DNA of 64,000 bases, from positions 61,628,001 through 61,692,000 of the forward strand of contig OZ024745.1 in assembly GCA_964016885.1 (NCBI GenBank). The letters run 5' to 3'. Shown here piece by piece: positions 29,997-40,479 of this stretch. Positions within the stretch are counted from its first letter, which is position 1. Each line of letters starts with the position of its first letter. This DNA comes from Eledone cirrhosa. Its lineage: Eukaryota. The notes under the pieces are model-generated. The model worked only from the letters and a program-made list of their open reading frames with translations, did not search any database and was not told the DNA's origin. The position numbers and the translations under genes were made by a program.

Positions 29997-30031
<35 letters not shown>

Positions 30032-30394
30032 TTCTTGGCACTACCATTGTTACTATCGCTTTCCTATACCCATGGAACTTGGAGACATGAGCCGAATGCT
30101 ACCATTCTATTATACATCCATGTGGGACTGCTATTTCTAATAACCATCTTTTCACTTCTTATTAATTTGTGTGGGAGACACGTTGGCTGAGAGGTTTTGA
30201 CGGGAACGAAATGATTTGTTTTCTATTCTCCCGCCACCATGTAAAGTTTGTAAATCGGTAGCTAGTCGAGAGACAGAGTTGTATCGGATCCCAGTTGCTA
30301 ATCGCTTTACCGTATCGGTTGTCACAAACAGTCATGACCGGCATGGGTTGGGGTTTGGATTCTGTCGATTCATTGGTTATTGATTAGGCGATGA

Positions 30395-30503
30395 CCGCTG
30401 ATGAACCCGCATACGTTGATTATGCATTGTTGCTTAATATATGCATACGGAGGGTGCAGTGCACCTTACTGCTACATTAAGTGTGGCCGAAACTCGAGTC
30501 CGG
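30395..30503 (+). ncRNA. Hammerhead candidate with long stem II insert
   Basis: CCG-CTGATGA (30398)-ACCCGCA...TGTGGCC-GAAA (30489)-CTCGAG-TC-CGG. Palindromic stem III and GUC triplet, inside a (TA)n-flanked element at 30029-30652. Confidence 0.5.
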
Positions 30504-30648
30504 GAACTACTATAGGCACCCGTTTTACGTGTGTTGTATTGAAGCGAATAACTATGTGTATACTCTGGGAATGTATCTTACATTGCCTATTGAGTACGCT
30601 GAGATACAACCGGTCGTGGCATTGATAAATATGCTGGGTCCGTCAAAT

Positions 30649-30709
<61 letters not shown>

Positions 30710-30982
30710 TAGACAGAGATCCACCCCCTCCCCACACATATATATATATACCCCATATATATATATAAATATAAATTCAGCGAGAATCGCATTTCGGCGG
30801 GTAGAAGAAGCGAATTCCGAGTCATGCTGGCAAGCGCTCCATGGGCTAAAAAAGACCAGAGCAATGAACATAGGTTATAAGGCCATACAAACTGAGAAGG
30901 CGGTCAAGAAGCCATTAACCACCTAAGTCAAAACACAAGTCAAGCTAAACAGGTCAGACAAAATAAAGGACATATTCATATA

Positions 30983-31043
<61 letters not shown>

Positions 31044-31228
31044 GGTTTGAGGTTCACCACTGTATAGAGCTGGTCTATTCCGTATGGTCAATCGTAATGT
31101 AATAATATAGAGAGTACTCAACGTAAAGCAGTTCAACCGTCTTTGTTTTTGTAGTTGGTGGTGCTATTACGGAGTTAAATATTATAATGAAATAACAGGA
31201 GGCTGGATTTGTGGATGAAAGGTTTATT

Positions 31229-31286
31229 ATACTATGATCATTTCAATGACCGGGTTCCGTATGAATCCGGTGATATCATCAGGTAT
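31229..31286 (-). ncRNA. Hammerhead ribozyme (inverted partner of 31400)
   Basis: Reverse complement of 31400-31457. Confidence 0.65.
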
Positions 31287-31399
31287 TCGAAATATAATAC
31301 GTGAATGTAATATATAAAATCCATGGGGCTGAAAATCGAGGACCCGAGGGCGACCGCTATCTTGCACCCTCTACCTTAGCCGGACGTATTATATTTCGA

Positions 31400-31457
31400 A
31401 TACCTGATGATATCACCGGATTCATACGGAACCCGGTCATTGAAATGATCATAGTAT
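31400..31457 (+). ncRNA. Minimal hammerhead ribozyme
   Basis: ATAC-CTGATGA-TATCACCGG..CCGGTCATT-GAAA-TGATCA-TA-GTAT, with palindromic stem III. Confidence 0.65.
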
Positions 31458-31488
<31 letters not shown>

Positions 31489-32022
31489 CATATATATCTA
31501 TAACAAACCTGGACCCTTGGAATTGATGGTAAAATCCAGTACACGGTTTCTGTGAGACCTAAATCAATAATGCTGTCTGCTTAAAGCAATAAGCTTTTGG
31601 TATAATGATCGAACGAGGAATATCACGTTATCAATGTGTTGTGGACGACACAGTGTTTTGTCAAAGCACATGCGTAACTCACAGGGGAAAAACCCCAGAT
31701 TTTGGCAAATGAATTCATGCAGAAAATTGCATAAATACCACAAATCGAATAAGCTCTCGATTAGGTGTGTTTGAACTTCAGTTTGCTTGAAGAATCGCAG
31801 ACGTGAATGAGTTAATTATATATATGTATGTATATATGCTTCTAATAGGCAACATGTATTATACATCACATTAAAGTACATTTGTAAACTTTTGCTTATC
31901 TAGAAATGTATTCCTCAGGAACTCCCCAGTTGTAACACTGGTTACTCAGGCAGAAAATATCACCCTAGTTTTAGAATCTGAACACACGCCGTGGAAACGC
32001 CACAAGCAACCGGCTAGAGAAG

Positions 32023-32103
<81 letters not shown>

Positions 32104-32160
32104 ATTGTTTTAGAGTAGTGACACATTCACTTACTTTAATCTCGGCAAACAGGGGAGATA

Positions 32161-32205
32161 AGCCGACAAGACCTTGTTTCGCATTTATTGATGCTTATCA
32201 AAGCT
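32161..32205 (-). ncRNA. Hammerhead ribozyme, U3-A8 core variant
   Basis: Reverse complement of the 32724 motif, with one G-U wobble in stem I. Confidence 0.75.
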
Positions 32206-32477
32206 AACTACTCCCTCCCGTCTACCGAGATCATTGATGTTATATTCTTATAGAATTCTAGTAAATAATCAGGAACTGATTATACAGAGCGGTTGTTGGT
32301 CAGGCAGAAATTAAAAATTAGAATTGGAACTCTGAAATAGCAATATATATATGGATGTATATATAATGTATTTTGCAATACACTTTATGCTTAATTAAAA
32401 GCATTTGAAGACCGTATGCTATTGTTTTAGAGTAGTGACAAATTCACTTACTTTAATCTCAGCAAACAGGGGAGATA

Positions 32478-32522
32478 AGCCGACAAGACCTTGTTTCGCA
32501 TTTATTGATGCTTATCAAGGCT
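32478..32522 (-). ncRNA. Hammerhead ribozyme, U3-A8 core variant
   Basis: Exact reverse complement of 32724-32768. Confidence 0.78.
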
Positions 32523-32723
32523 AACTACTCCCTCCTGTCTACCGAGATCATTGATGTTATATTCTTATAGAATTCTAGTAAATAATCAGGAACTGATTAT
32601 ACAGAGCAGTTTTTTTTATTTCTGCCTGACCAACAACCGCTCTGTATAATCAGTTCCTGATTATTTACTAGAATTCTATAAGAATATAACATCAGTGATC
32701 TCGGTAGACAGGAGGGAGTAGTT

Positions 32724-32768
32724 AGCCTTGATAAGCATCAATAAATGCGAAACAAGGTCTTGTCGGCT
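32724..32768 (+). ncRNA. Hammerhead ribozyme, U3-A8 core variant
   Basis: AGCC-TTGATAA-GCAT(CAATAA)ATGC-GAAA-CAAG(GT)CTTG-TC-GGCT: three stems, GUC triplet, and C3-G8 replaced by U3-A8. Confidence 0.78.
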
Positions 32769-32892
32769 TATCTCCCCTGTTTGCTGAGATTAAAGTAAGT
32801 GAATTTGTCACTACTCTAAAACAATAGCATACGGTCTTCAAAATGCTTTTAATTAAGCATAAAGTGTATTGAAAAATACATTATATATACAT

Positions 32893-32974
<82 letters not shown>

Positions 32975-32993
32975 ATGTATATATATATATATT

Positions 32994-33032
<39 letters not shown>

Positions 33033-33227
33033 TTATATAACGAAGGAAGTGTGGTATGGAACCAGATGGACCATAACGCACCAGAATACTCAATACTTAC
33101 GGTAGTAGAGTGGGTAATAGGAAAATGTTTAACCCTGACGGCAGAGCTCAAGCCGTTTCGACGGCTATTTCTGTCCTGAAGTAGCCGTTGAAACGGCTCG
33201 AGCTCTGCTGTCGGGGTTGAACAAATT

Positions 33228-33263
<36 letters not shown>

Positions 33264-33393
33264 GAAAGTAATCTGAGTTTTTCGAATATTAATAATAATA
33301 TTCGATTCGTTTGCAATTATGCAAACAAACCTCTTTTAAGCCATGTCAGTAGAATGAGTCCCTCATTTTTGCTCTTGTGTTGGCATGTAAACA

Positions 33394-33444
33394 GAACTGC
33401 AGACACTAATATTTCTGGGTGATTACCCTTCATCAGTGCAGTTC
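33394..33444 (-). ncRNA. Hammerhead ribozyme (inverted partner of 33545)
   Basis: Reverse complement of 33545-33595, within the inverted-repeat element 33261-33725. Confidence 0.85.
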
Positions 33445-33544
33445 ACTGTTCACCTGCCAACTCTCAGAGCTAGTGAAAATATATGATATTTTCTATAACA
33501 TATATTGACTGATCGGCCTGATTTGCATATAAGCAGATAGGCCA

Positions 33545-33595
33545 GAACTGCACTGATGAAGGGTAATCACCCAGAAATATTAGTGTCTGCAGTTC
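33545..33595 (+). ncRNA. Type I hammerhead ribozyme
   Basis: GAACTGCA-CTGATGA-AGGGT(AATC)ACCCA-GAAA-TATTAGTG-TC-TGCAGTTC: 8-bp stem I and GUC triplet. Confidence 0.85.
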
Positions 33596-33729
33596 CGTTT
33601 ACATGCCAACGCGTCAACAAGAATGACTGGGCTCACTGACATGGCTTAAAAGAGGTTTGTTTGCATAATTGCAAACGAATTGAATATTATTATTAATAGT
33701 CGAAAAACTCAGATTACATTTATTGTATT

Positions 33730-33899
33730 CAGCCATGTAGAGCAACGACTTTTTGTAATATATATATATAATCAATTATTCTGAAAATAAATAATGGAAA
33801 TATAGTCACTGTTTTTATGAAGACAAGAGTGACAACGGAAGTAAAAAAAAATTTGCATAAAATTAACAGTTGAAAATTGCGAACAAATATCGTCCGACC

Positions 33900-33904
<5 letters not shown>
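33730..33904 (+). mobile_element. Right end of a Tc1/mariner-type element
   Basis: Ends in AATATCGTCCGACCCTG-TA. The same AATATCGTCCG occurs at the end of the transposase fragment (35201). Confidence 0.45.
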
Positions 33905-33997
<93 letters not shown>

Positions 33998-34004
33998 GTG
34001 TGTG

Positions 34005-34104
<100 letters not shown>

Positions 34105-34465
34105 GTTATACTTGGGGAGGGTCATATTTGCGTAATATTGCCAGAATTAATAACAGAACACACTCACTGTTTGGTTGGTTTTCGCTTCTCGCTGTCTTTT
34201 ATATCTGCGATCTAACTTACTCGGTCCTCAATGTTGCCATTGACTGACCGACGGTCAAAAATAATACAGATACAATATAGACACAAACACATATATATAG
34301 TTTACATAATGTACATAAATCTTTCGTTGCACATCTGCAACATCGTCAGTGGTGTTATATTCTTTGTTCCTCCTGTTGTGCTGTATGTCTACGCCATTTT
34401 TTATTCAGTCTCTGTTTCGACACACGATTTCATATAAAAAACCTCGCTAAACTAATTCATCGCCG

Positions 34466-34468
<3 letters not shown>
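34105..34468 (-). mobile_element. PLE family 1 pLTR fragment containing a hammerhead (~34310-34358), with inverted terminal piece
   Basis: Matches 10931-11220. Reverse complement shows CTGACGA-TGTTGCAGATGTGCAAC-GAAA. 34413-34467 is the inverted terminus. Confidence 0.8.
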
Positions 34469-34503
<35 letters not shown>

Positions 34504-34533
34504 TATGTATATATATATGTATATATATATATA

Positions 34534-35212
34534 AGGAAATTTCAGACTTTCTCAGCGTCAGCAGAAGAATGGTGGAAAAGGTCAGAAAGGAATTGGGAGA
34601 TTCAGGATTCGACTACGAAGCAGCATCAGAGAGGAAAACACATGATCGACGATCTGACGCATTCAGAACGCCCGAGTTCGTCGCTGAAGTTCAGGATATC
34701 ATCAACAATGAACCTAGCAAGTCGATGCGTGCCGTTGCAAGGGAGAAAGGCGTGGATGAAAAGCTCATTGGGCTGGTGGTACATGAAGACATTCGCTACG
34801 TTTCATACAAGATGAGGAAAGGACAATTTCTGTCAAAGGCTGCCAGAGAACTTCGTCGACCACACTTCACCTGACACTTGACCTACCAGCTCGCCTGACT
34901 GCAACCCCCTCGACTTCTTTGTGTGGGGCGCAGTGGAACGAGACACCATCAAATCTAGCTGCAATACGAAAGACGATATGAAGGCCAGGATCACAAGTCC
35001 CTTTAGGGGCCTAAATCGGGGGACAGTGACGAAGGCTTGTAGCCGGTTCCGAGGCCGCCTTGAGGCCGTCATCAAAGCCAATGACGGGTTTATCGAGTGA
35101 GATCGAAAGAACAAGTCATGAAGACAAACTGACCCAGGTTTGATAAATATATCTTAAAAAATAAAACTACTATGTTACTTTATTCTAGACAGTAATCTTC
35201 AATATCGTCCGC
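34534..35212 (+). pseudogene. Internally deleted Tc1/mariner transposase (probably DD37D/maT-like)
   Basis: HTH region (PSKSMRAVARE..VHEDIRY.SYK) is joined to C-terminal SSPDCNPLDFFVWG..RLEAVIKANDGFIE*. Confidence 0.8.
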
Positions 35213-35213
35213 A

Positions 35214-35279
<66 letters not shown>

Positions 35280-35407
35280 AATGCATATATAATATTTATA
35301 TACATATATAATATATATATAGATATATACATGTATAATATTTAGATACATGTATATTATATATATACATATATAATATATATATATACGTATAATATAT
35401 ACATATG

Positions 35408-35492
<85 letters not shown>

Positions 35493-35604
35493 TTGAAATA
35501 AAATGAAAACGAAATTTCATTTCTCACTCTTAGTACGGCACTTACTTAAATGTAAGTATGTGTGTATACGTACATACATATATGTATACAGACGTACAAT
35601 AGCA

Positions 35605-35708
<104 letters not shown>

Positions 35709-35753
35709 CATATATACATATACTGATACGTGCATGTATGTGTATATATGTAT

Positions 35754-35817
<64 letters not shown>

Positions 35818-35866
35818 ATGCTACTGTACGTCTGTATACATATATGTATGTACATATACACACATA

Positions 35867-35924
<58 letters not shown>

Positions 35925-36053
35925 TATATATTATATATATATGTATAATATATACATATATAATATTTATATATACATATTTAATAAATATATATATATA
36001 TATACAAATATAATATATATATATATATATATACATATATAATATCTATCTAT

Positions 36054-36850
36054 TTAGGGCAGGTAAAATTCCCGAGATCCAGTGACGAGTTCTCTCCAGC
36101 AGTCTCTGTCCCTAATTATCGCTGCCATGTCCTGCGTCTCCAACAGACCAGTGTCTGTCCTTAGGGTATCAACATACGTTAACCTTGGTCTTCCTCTTCC
36201 AGTGTGTCGATGCAGGTGCTCCCACAGGAGTACTGAGTGCAGTGTCAACTCTGGATGTCGGTGAGCATGTCCAGCTAACCTCAGTCTCCTCTCTGTCACT
36301 TTTGAGCTGACTTTTGGGAGGCTCCCATACAGCTCTGAGTTTTTCATCCTCAGTGTATACTGATTAATGTTCAGAGCCATCCTCAGCATTCTCGTGTAGC
36401 ACCCATCCACCATCTGAGTGAGTTTCTTGGTGAGTGTCCAAGTCTCAGACCCGTACAGCAGCACAGACTCCACTACAGCAATGAAGAGGCGGATTTTCAG
36501 GTCTTTTCGAAGGTCTGACTTCCACACTGATCTCAAGCTGTGGCACGCCGCCAAGACTTTGCTCTTCCTCTCAACCACATCATCTTCCGTAGTCCCAATC
36601 TTTGCTCCCAAATACAGGAAGTCCTCAACTAATTCCAGCGGCTTCTCACCTACATTAGTAATCCCCTCTGGCTTCTCAACATACTCTACCAGACATGTTG
36701 TCTTAGTCTCATTCATTCTCAGCCCCACACTCATCGACACAGTCTCAACCTCCTGCATCAAATCCTCTGCCTCCTTCACTGTATTTGTCACCAAAACTAT
36801 GTCGTCGGAAAATTCACCATCCGATATCTTTTTCGCCTTAACTCTCCTGC
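36054..36850 (-). pseudogene. RTE-clade LINE, 5'-truncated RT C-terminus
   Basis: FSDDIVL, FLYLG, ESVLLYGSETWTL, RLRLAGH and GRGRPRLTYVD motifs. Confidence 0.85.
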
Positions 36851-36957
36851 ATATATAATATATAATATGTATATAATATATATATATACATATATATATA
36901 TAATATATATATATATATATACACACACAGACATATATATATGAATATACATAATAT

Positions 36958-37612
36958 ATGTATGACCATTTTAACTTATGTTTATAGCTCTGGTATCTTC
37001 TTCATATCCATGGAGCGCTTGTCTGCACAATACGGAAGTTGCGTTTCGCTAATTTCTACCCGCCGAAATGCGATTCTCGCTAAATTTATATTTATATATA
37101 TAATTAGCGAAACGCAACTTCCGTATTGTGCAGACAAGCGCTCCATGGATATGAAGAAGATACCAGAGCTATAAACATAAGTTAAAATGGTCATACACGC
37201 TGAGACGATGGTTAAGAAGCCATTAACCACTAGAGCCAAATAAGCGAACAAGCTAAACGGGTCAAACAAAATAAGATATGATTGAAATAGTTACCCGGAC
37301 CCTCGGGGAAGATGGAATACTCCGAATTTGGGTTTCTGCAACACCTAAATCAATAATACTGTCTGCTTATAAAAAATAAGCTTTTGGTATAATGATTGAA
37401 CAAGGCATCGCTTTCTCAACAGGCATTTTGTTCTTCGTGGTCCAGAATCTCACAGGTTATGAAAGCACATGTGAGGTTCTAAGGGGAGAAAACCCCTATT
37501 TTGGCCAGTGAATTCAGCGTGTATATTTATTGCAAAAATTTGCAAAAATAACACACAACCAATAAAGCTCTCTGCCGAGTTGTTTTTAAAATAAACTTAA
37601 GCGATTAATCAG
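36958..37612. mobile_element. Non-coding element with inverted duplication; related copy split at 30770-30980 and 31500-31810
   Basis: 36958-37055 is the reverse complement of 37103-37196. Motifs such as AAGAAGCCATTAACCAC and ACCTAAATCAATAAT..GTCTGCTTA are shared with the split copy. Confidence 0.7.
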
Positions 37613-37655
37613 TCAATAGAAGCTGATAAAAAAGGTTGATACGAAAACGTGTGTG

Positions 37656-37745
<90 letters not shown>

Positions 37746-37988
37746 CAAATATATGTGTGTATATGTATATATATATTATATATAAATGTATATATATATA
37801 TTATATATATATACATTATATATGCATATATACATATATATATATTATAAATGTATATATATATATATATACATACATTTATAATATATATATATATATG
37901 CATATATAATGTATATATATTATATATATATAATATATATATACATATATATATAATATATATACATACACACACATATATTTGTATA

Positions 37989-38021
<33 letters not shown>

Positions 38022-38414
38022 TCACACACACGTTTTCGTATCAACCTTTTTTATCAGCTTCTATATAGGGAACTTAAGATAAATACAATCATCAGAATGA
38101 CGTATATGTGTATTACTAGTTAGTTAGAGGGAAGGAAAGAAAGAATTACATTTAGAGAAGGAAAGAGAGAATTAAAAAAAATACCTGCTTCAAGATAAAA
38201 TAAATAATGTTTTTCAGAAGTAAATAGAATAAATTGGATCATTCAGTAATCGTTCTCAAACATACTCGCCAAATAGAATTAAACGATTCGTATTTTCGTC
38301 TATCTTCTTTCAAATTTAATTACTTTTATTTGCCTTACAAATTATGGAAAAATCTATTAAAATTGAATAAATTCAAGTATCAATTCAGACCGGTATTAAT
38401 TTTTTTATTAGTAT

Positions 38415-38440
38415 CATATCTATCTATCTATCTATCTATC
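38415..38440. repeat. (ATCT)n microsatellite flanking the 5' end of the Tx1-like element
   Basis: Direct reading. Confidence 0.9.
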
Positions 38441-38643
38441 TTGATAGAGTAAGACACGCTTCGCATCGGCTCCGCTATTCCATCGGGATTTACCCTTACT
38501 ATTGTAAGTACCGGATAAAATTTTTAGTGCAACACATTTGGAACACTAACCCCTGTTATTTAGGGAAACATTTTTGCATTTACCCCCTTTTTAGGGGGTA
38601 AAATAAATATCTATTTTTGCCGAAAAATTTCTTTCTTGGCAGC

Positions 38644-40479
38644 ATGGCGGAAAAGATGGCAGACATGTCTGCCATTAGCTCTGCCACGCCCCCCAAGTCT
38701 GAAGAACAAAAAATAATTACAACAAAATTAGACATTGAAACAAACAAACAAAATGAAAAAACAAATGTTAAGGAAAATGAGCAAACAGAAAACAAACAAA
38801 CAGAAAATAATACAAATAACGACAGGGCAACTTTCGCCCAGAAAACAAAGCAATCCATTACATACACACCAATTGACCTAACTGCCGCCAGAGAAAAACT
38901 GGCCGAAGCAAAGAAACATATTGTTTTGGGAGAGAACGGAATGTTTTCCATTAACTCCCCCCCAGAATTCAAGAAAGCCAGAGAAGAAAACACAGTTATA
39001 TACAGAACTATACTAAACCAGTCAAGAAAGCCAGCACAGCCCAGCCAAATGGAAATAGAGTTAGTCCTAAAAGACTATATGAAGAATATTCTCTTCATAC
39101 GAAAGGACCGACTCTATGGCAGCATTTCGGTCCTAACAAGAGACAAAGAAACGGCGGTTCAGCTTTCCCTAAGCCCACTCTCGTCGACAACATATAGCTT
39201 CTATCCCTCCTACATGGGTAGAAGAACACAGAGGGTAAAAGTAAAAACAATGCTGCCCACAATGGACTTCTGGTGGGCTATTGCTGGCTTCATTGATATG
39301 GGCGAAGACACTATGCTGTCAATGGGGAAGGCAACTGGAGATGCGTTCCTGGGAATGGGCCTCGACATACTAGTCCAAATGAGGCCCGAAAGAATAGCAC
39401 AAATCCCGGATCGCATCTGGCTGGATGACCTTACCCCAATAGACATAATTGTAGAGGGGAGAAGACCAGCATGCTATTTATGCATGGAAAGGGGACACGT
39501 TAAGGCTAACTGCCCGAAACGTATCCCCCAAAAAGGACTATTGCCCACACCCACCACAAACAGTACACCAGCACCACCCACCTCCAAAAATACACTAATA
39601 CCACACACAGCAAACAAAATACAGACACCACCAACCACAAACACAACACAAACATCACCACCACCAGCACCAAACACAAGCACGACACAAAAATCACCAC
39701 CACCAACCACAACACAAACATCACCACCACCATTACCAACCACAAGCACGACACAAACATTACCACCACCACCACCACAAAACCCATTCCAAACAAATAA
39801 TAAAAAAAACAGTAACAAATCTACCCCTCCCGCAAAAAAAAAACAACCACACAACACGTCCCTCCCACCTAGCGCTGAAGAGTTTCCCCCAACTTCTGAA
39901 GAAGAAGGAGGAGAAGCCTTCAGACAAGTTAAAAGAAAAAAAAGAAAACACACACCCAGCACACCACAAATAACCCACACACAAACACCAACTCCAATCA
40001 AAAACACCCCACCCTCAACAAACAAAAATAAATCTGCGCCTCCCCTCTCCGAAACATTGACAGCATCACAAAAAAAGACGTTGCAATACACATATATAAA
40101 TAAAGAAAACAAAAAACTGGTTAAATTAATAAACAATAACCCTATGGTGCAGACCGAAGGGCCAAACTTTATCTCAACAGAGAACTTCACCCATTTAAAA
40201 ATGATAAAGGTCCCTCTGGACCTTTATCGTTCCTTAAAAGAACAATTTAGACGGGACGTGAGCCCCCCCTGTTTAAAACCGTTGAATCGCGTCCTCTTGA
40301 AAGATTTCCCCATAACCGCCCCTCTCCCTGACACAACTCCAAATACCCCAACCCCACCACACACGTGTACCCCCACACCACCACAAAACATCCCTCCACC
40401 CAACACACCTGATGCCATGGAAATTACGCAACCCGGAGAGGTAAGTGCTTTTCCTTCTTCACTTTCAACACCAAAATAG
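38644..40479 (+). CDS. ORF1 nucleic-acid-binding (gag-like) protein
   Basis: Uninterrupted ORF from the first ATG. Zinc knuckle CYLCMERGHVKANC, basic KRKKRK, Pro/Thr-rich tail. Confidence 0.88.
   Translation: MAEKMADMSAISSATPPKSEEQKIITTKLDIETNKQNEKTNVKENEQTENKQTENNTNNDRATFAQKTKQSITYTPIDLTAAREKLAEAKKHIVLGENGMFSINSPPEFKKAREENTVIYRTILNQSRKPAQPSQMEIELVLKDYMKNILFIRKDRLYGSISVLTRDKETAVQLSLSPLSSTTYSFYPSYMGRRTQRVKVKTMLPTMDFWWAIAGFIDMGEDTMLSMGKATGDAFLGMGLDILVQMRPERIAQIPDRIWLDDLTPIDIIVEGRRPACYLCMERGHVKANCPKRIPQKGLLPTPTTNSTPAPPTSKNTLIPHTANKIQTPPTTNTTQTSPPPAPNTSTTQKSPPPTTTQTSPPPLPTTSTTQTLPPPPPQNPFQTNNKKNSNKSTPPAKKKQPHNTSLPPSAEEFPPTSEEEGGEAFRQVKRKKRKHTPSTPQITHTQTPTPIKNTPPSTNKNKSAPPLSETLTASQKKTLQYTYINKENKKLVKLINNNPMVQTEGPNFISTENFTHLKMIKVPLDLYRSLKEQFRRDVSPPCLKPLNRVLLKDFPITAPLPDTTPNTPTPPHTCTPTPPQNIPPPNTPDAMEITQPGEVSAFPSSLSTPK

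Larger units (their letters stand above)
32101..32895. mobile_element. Retrozyme-like element: two tandem ~317-bp units plus one inverted unit, in (TA)n
   Basis: 32104-32290 is repeated at 32421-32607. ~32618-32895 is the reverse complement. Each unit carries a hammerhead. Confidence 0.8.
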
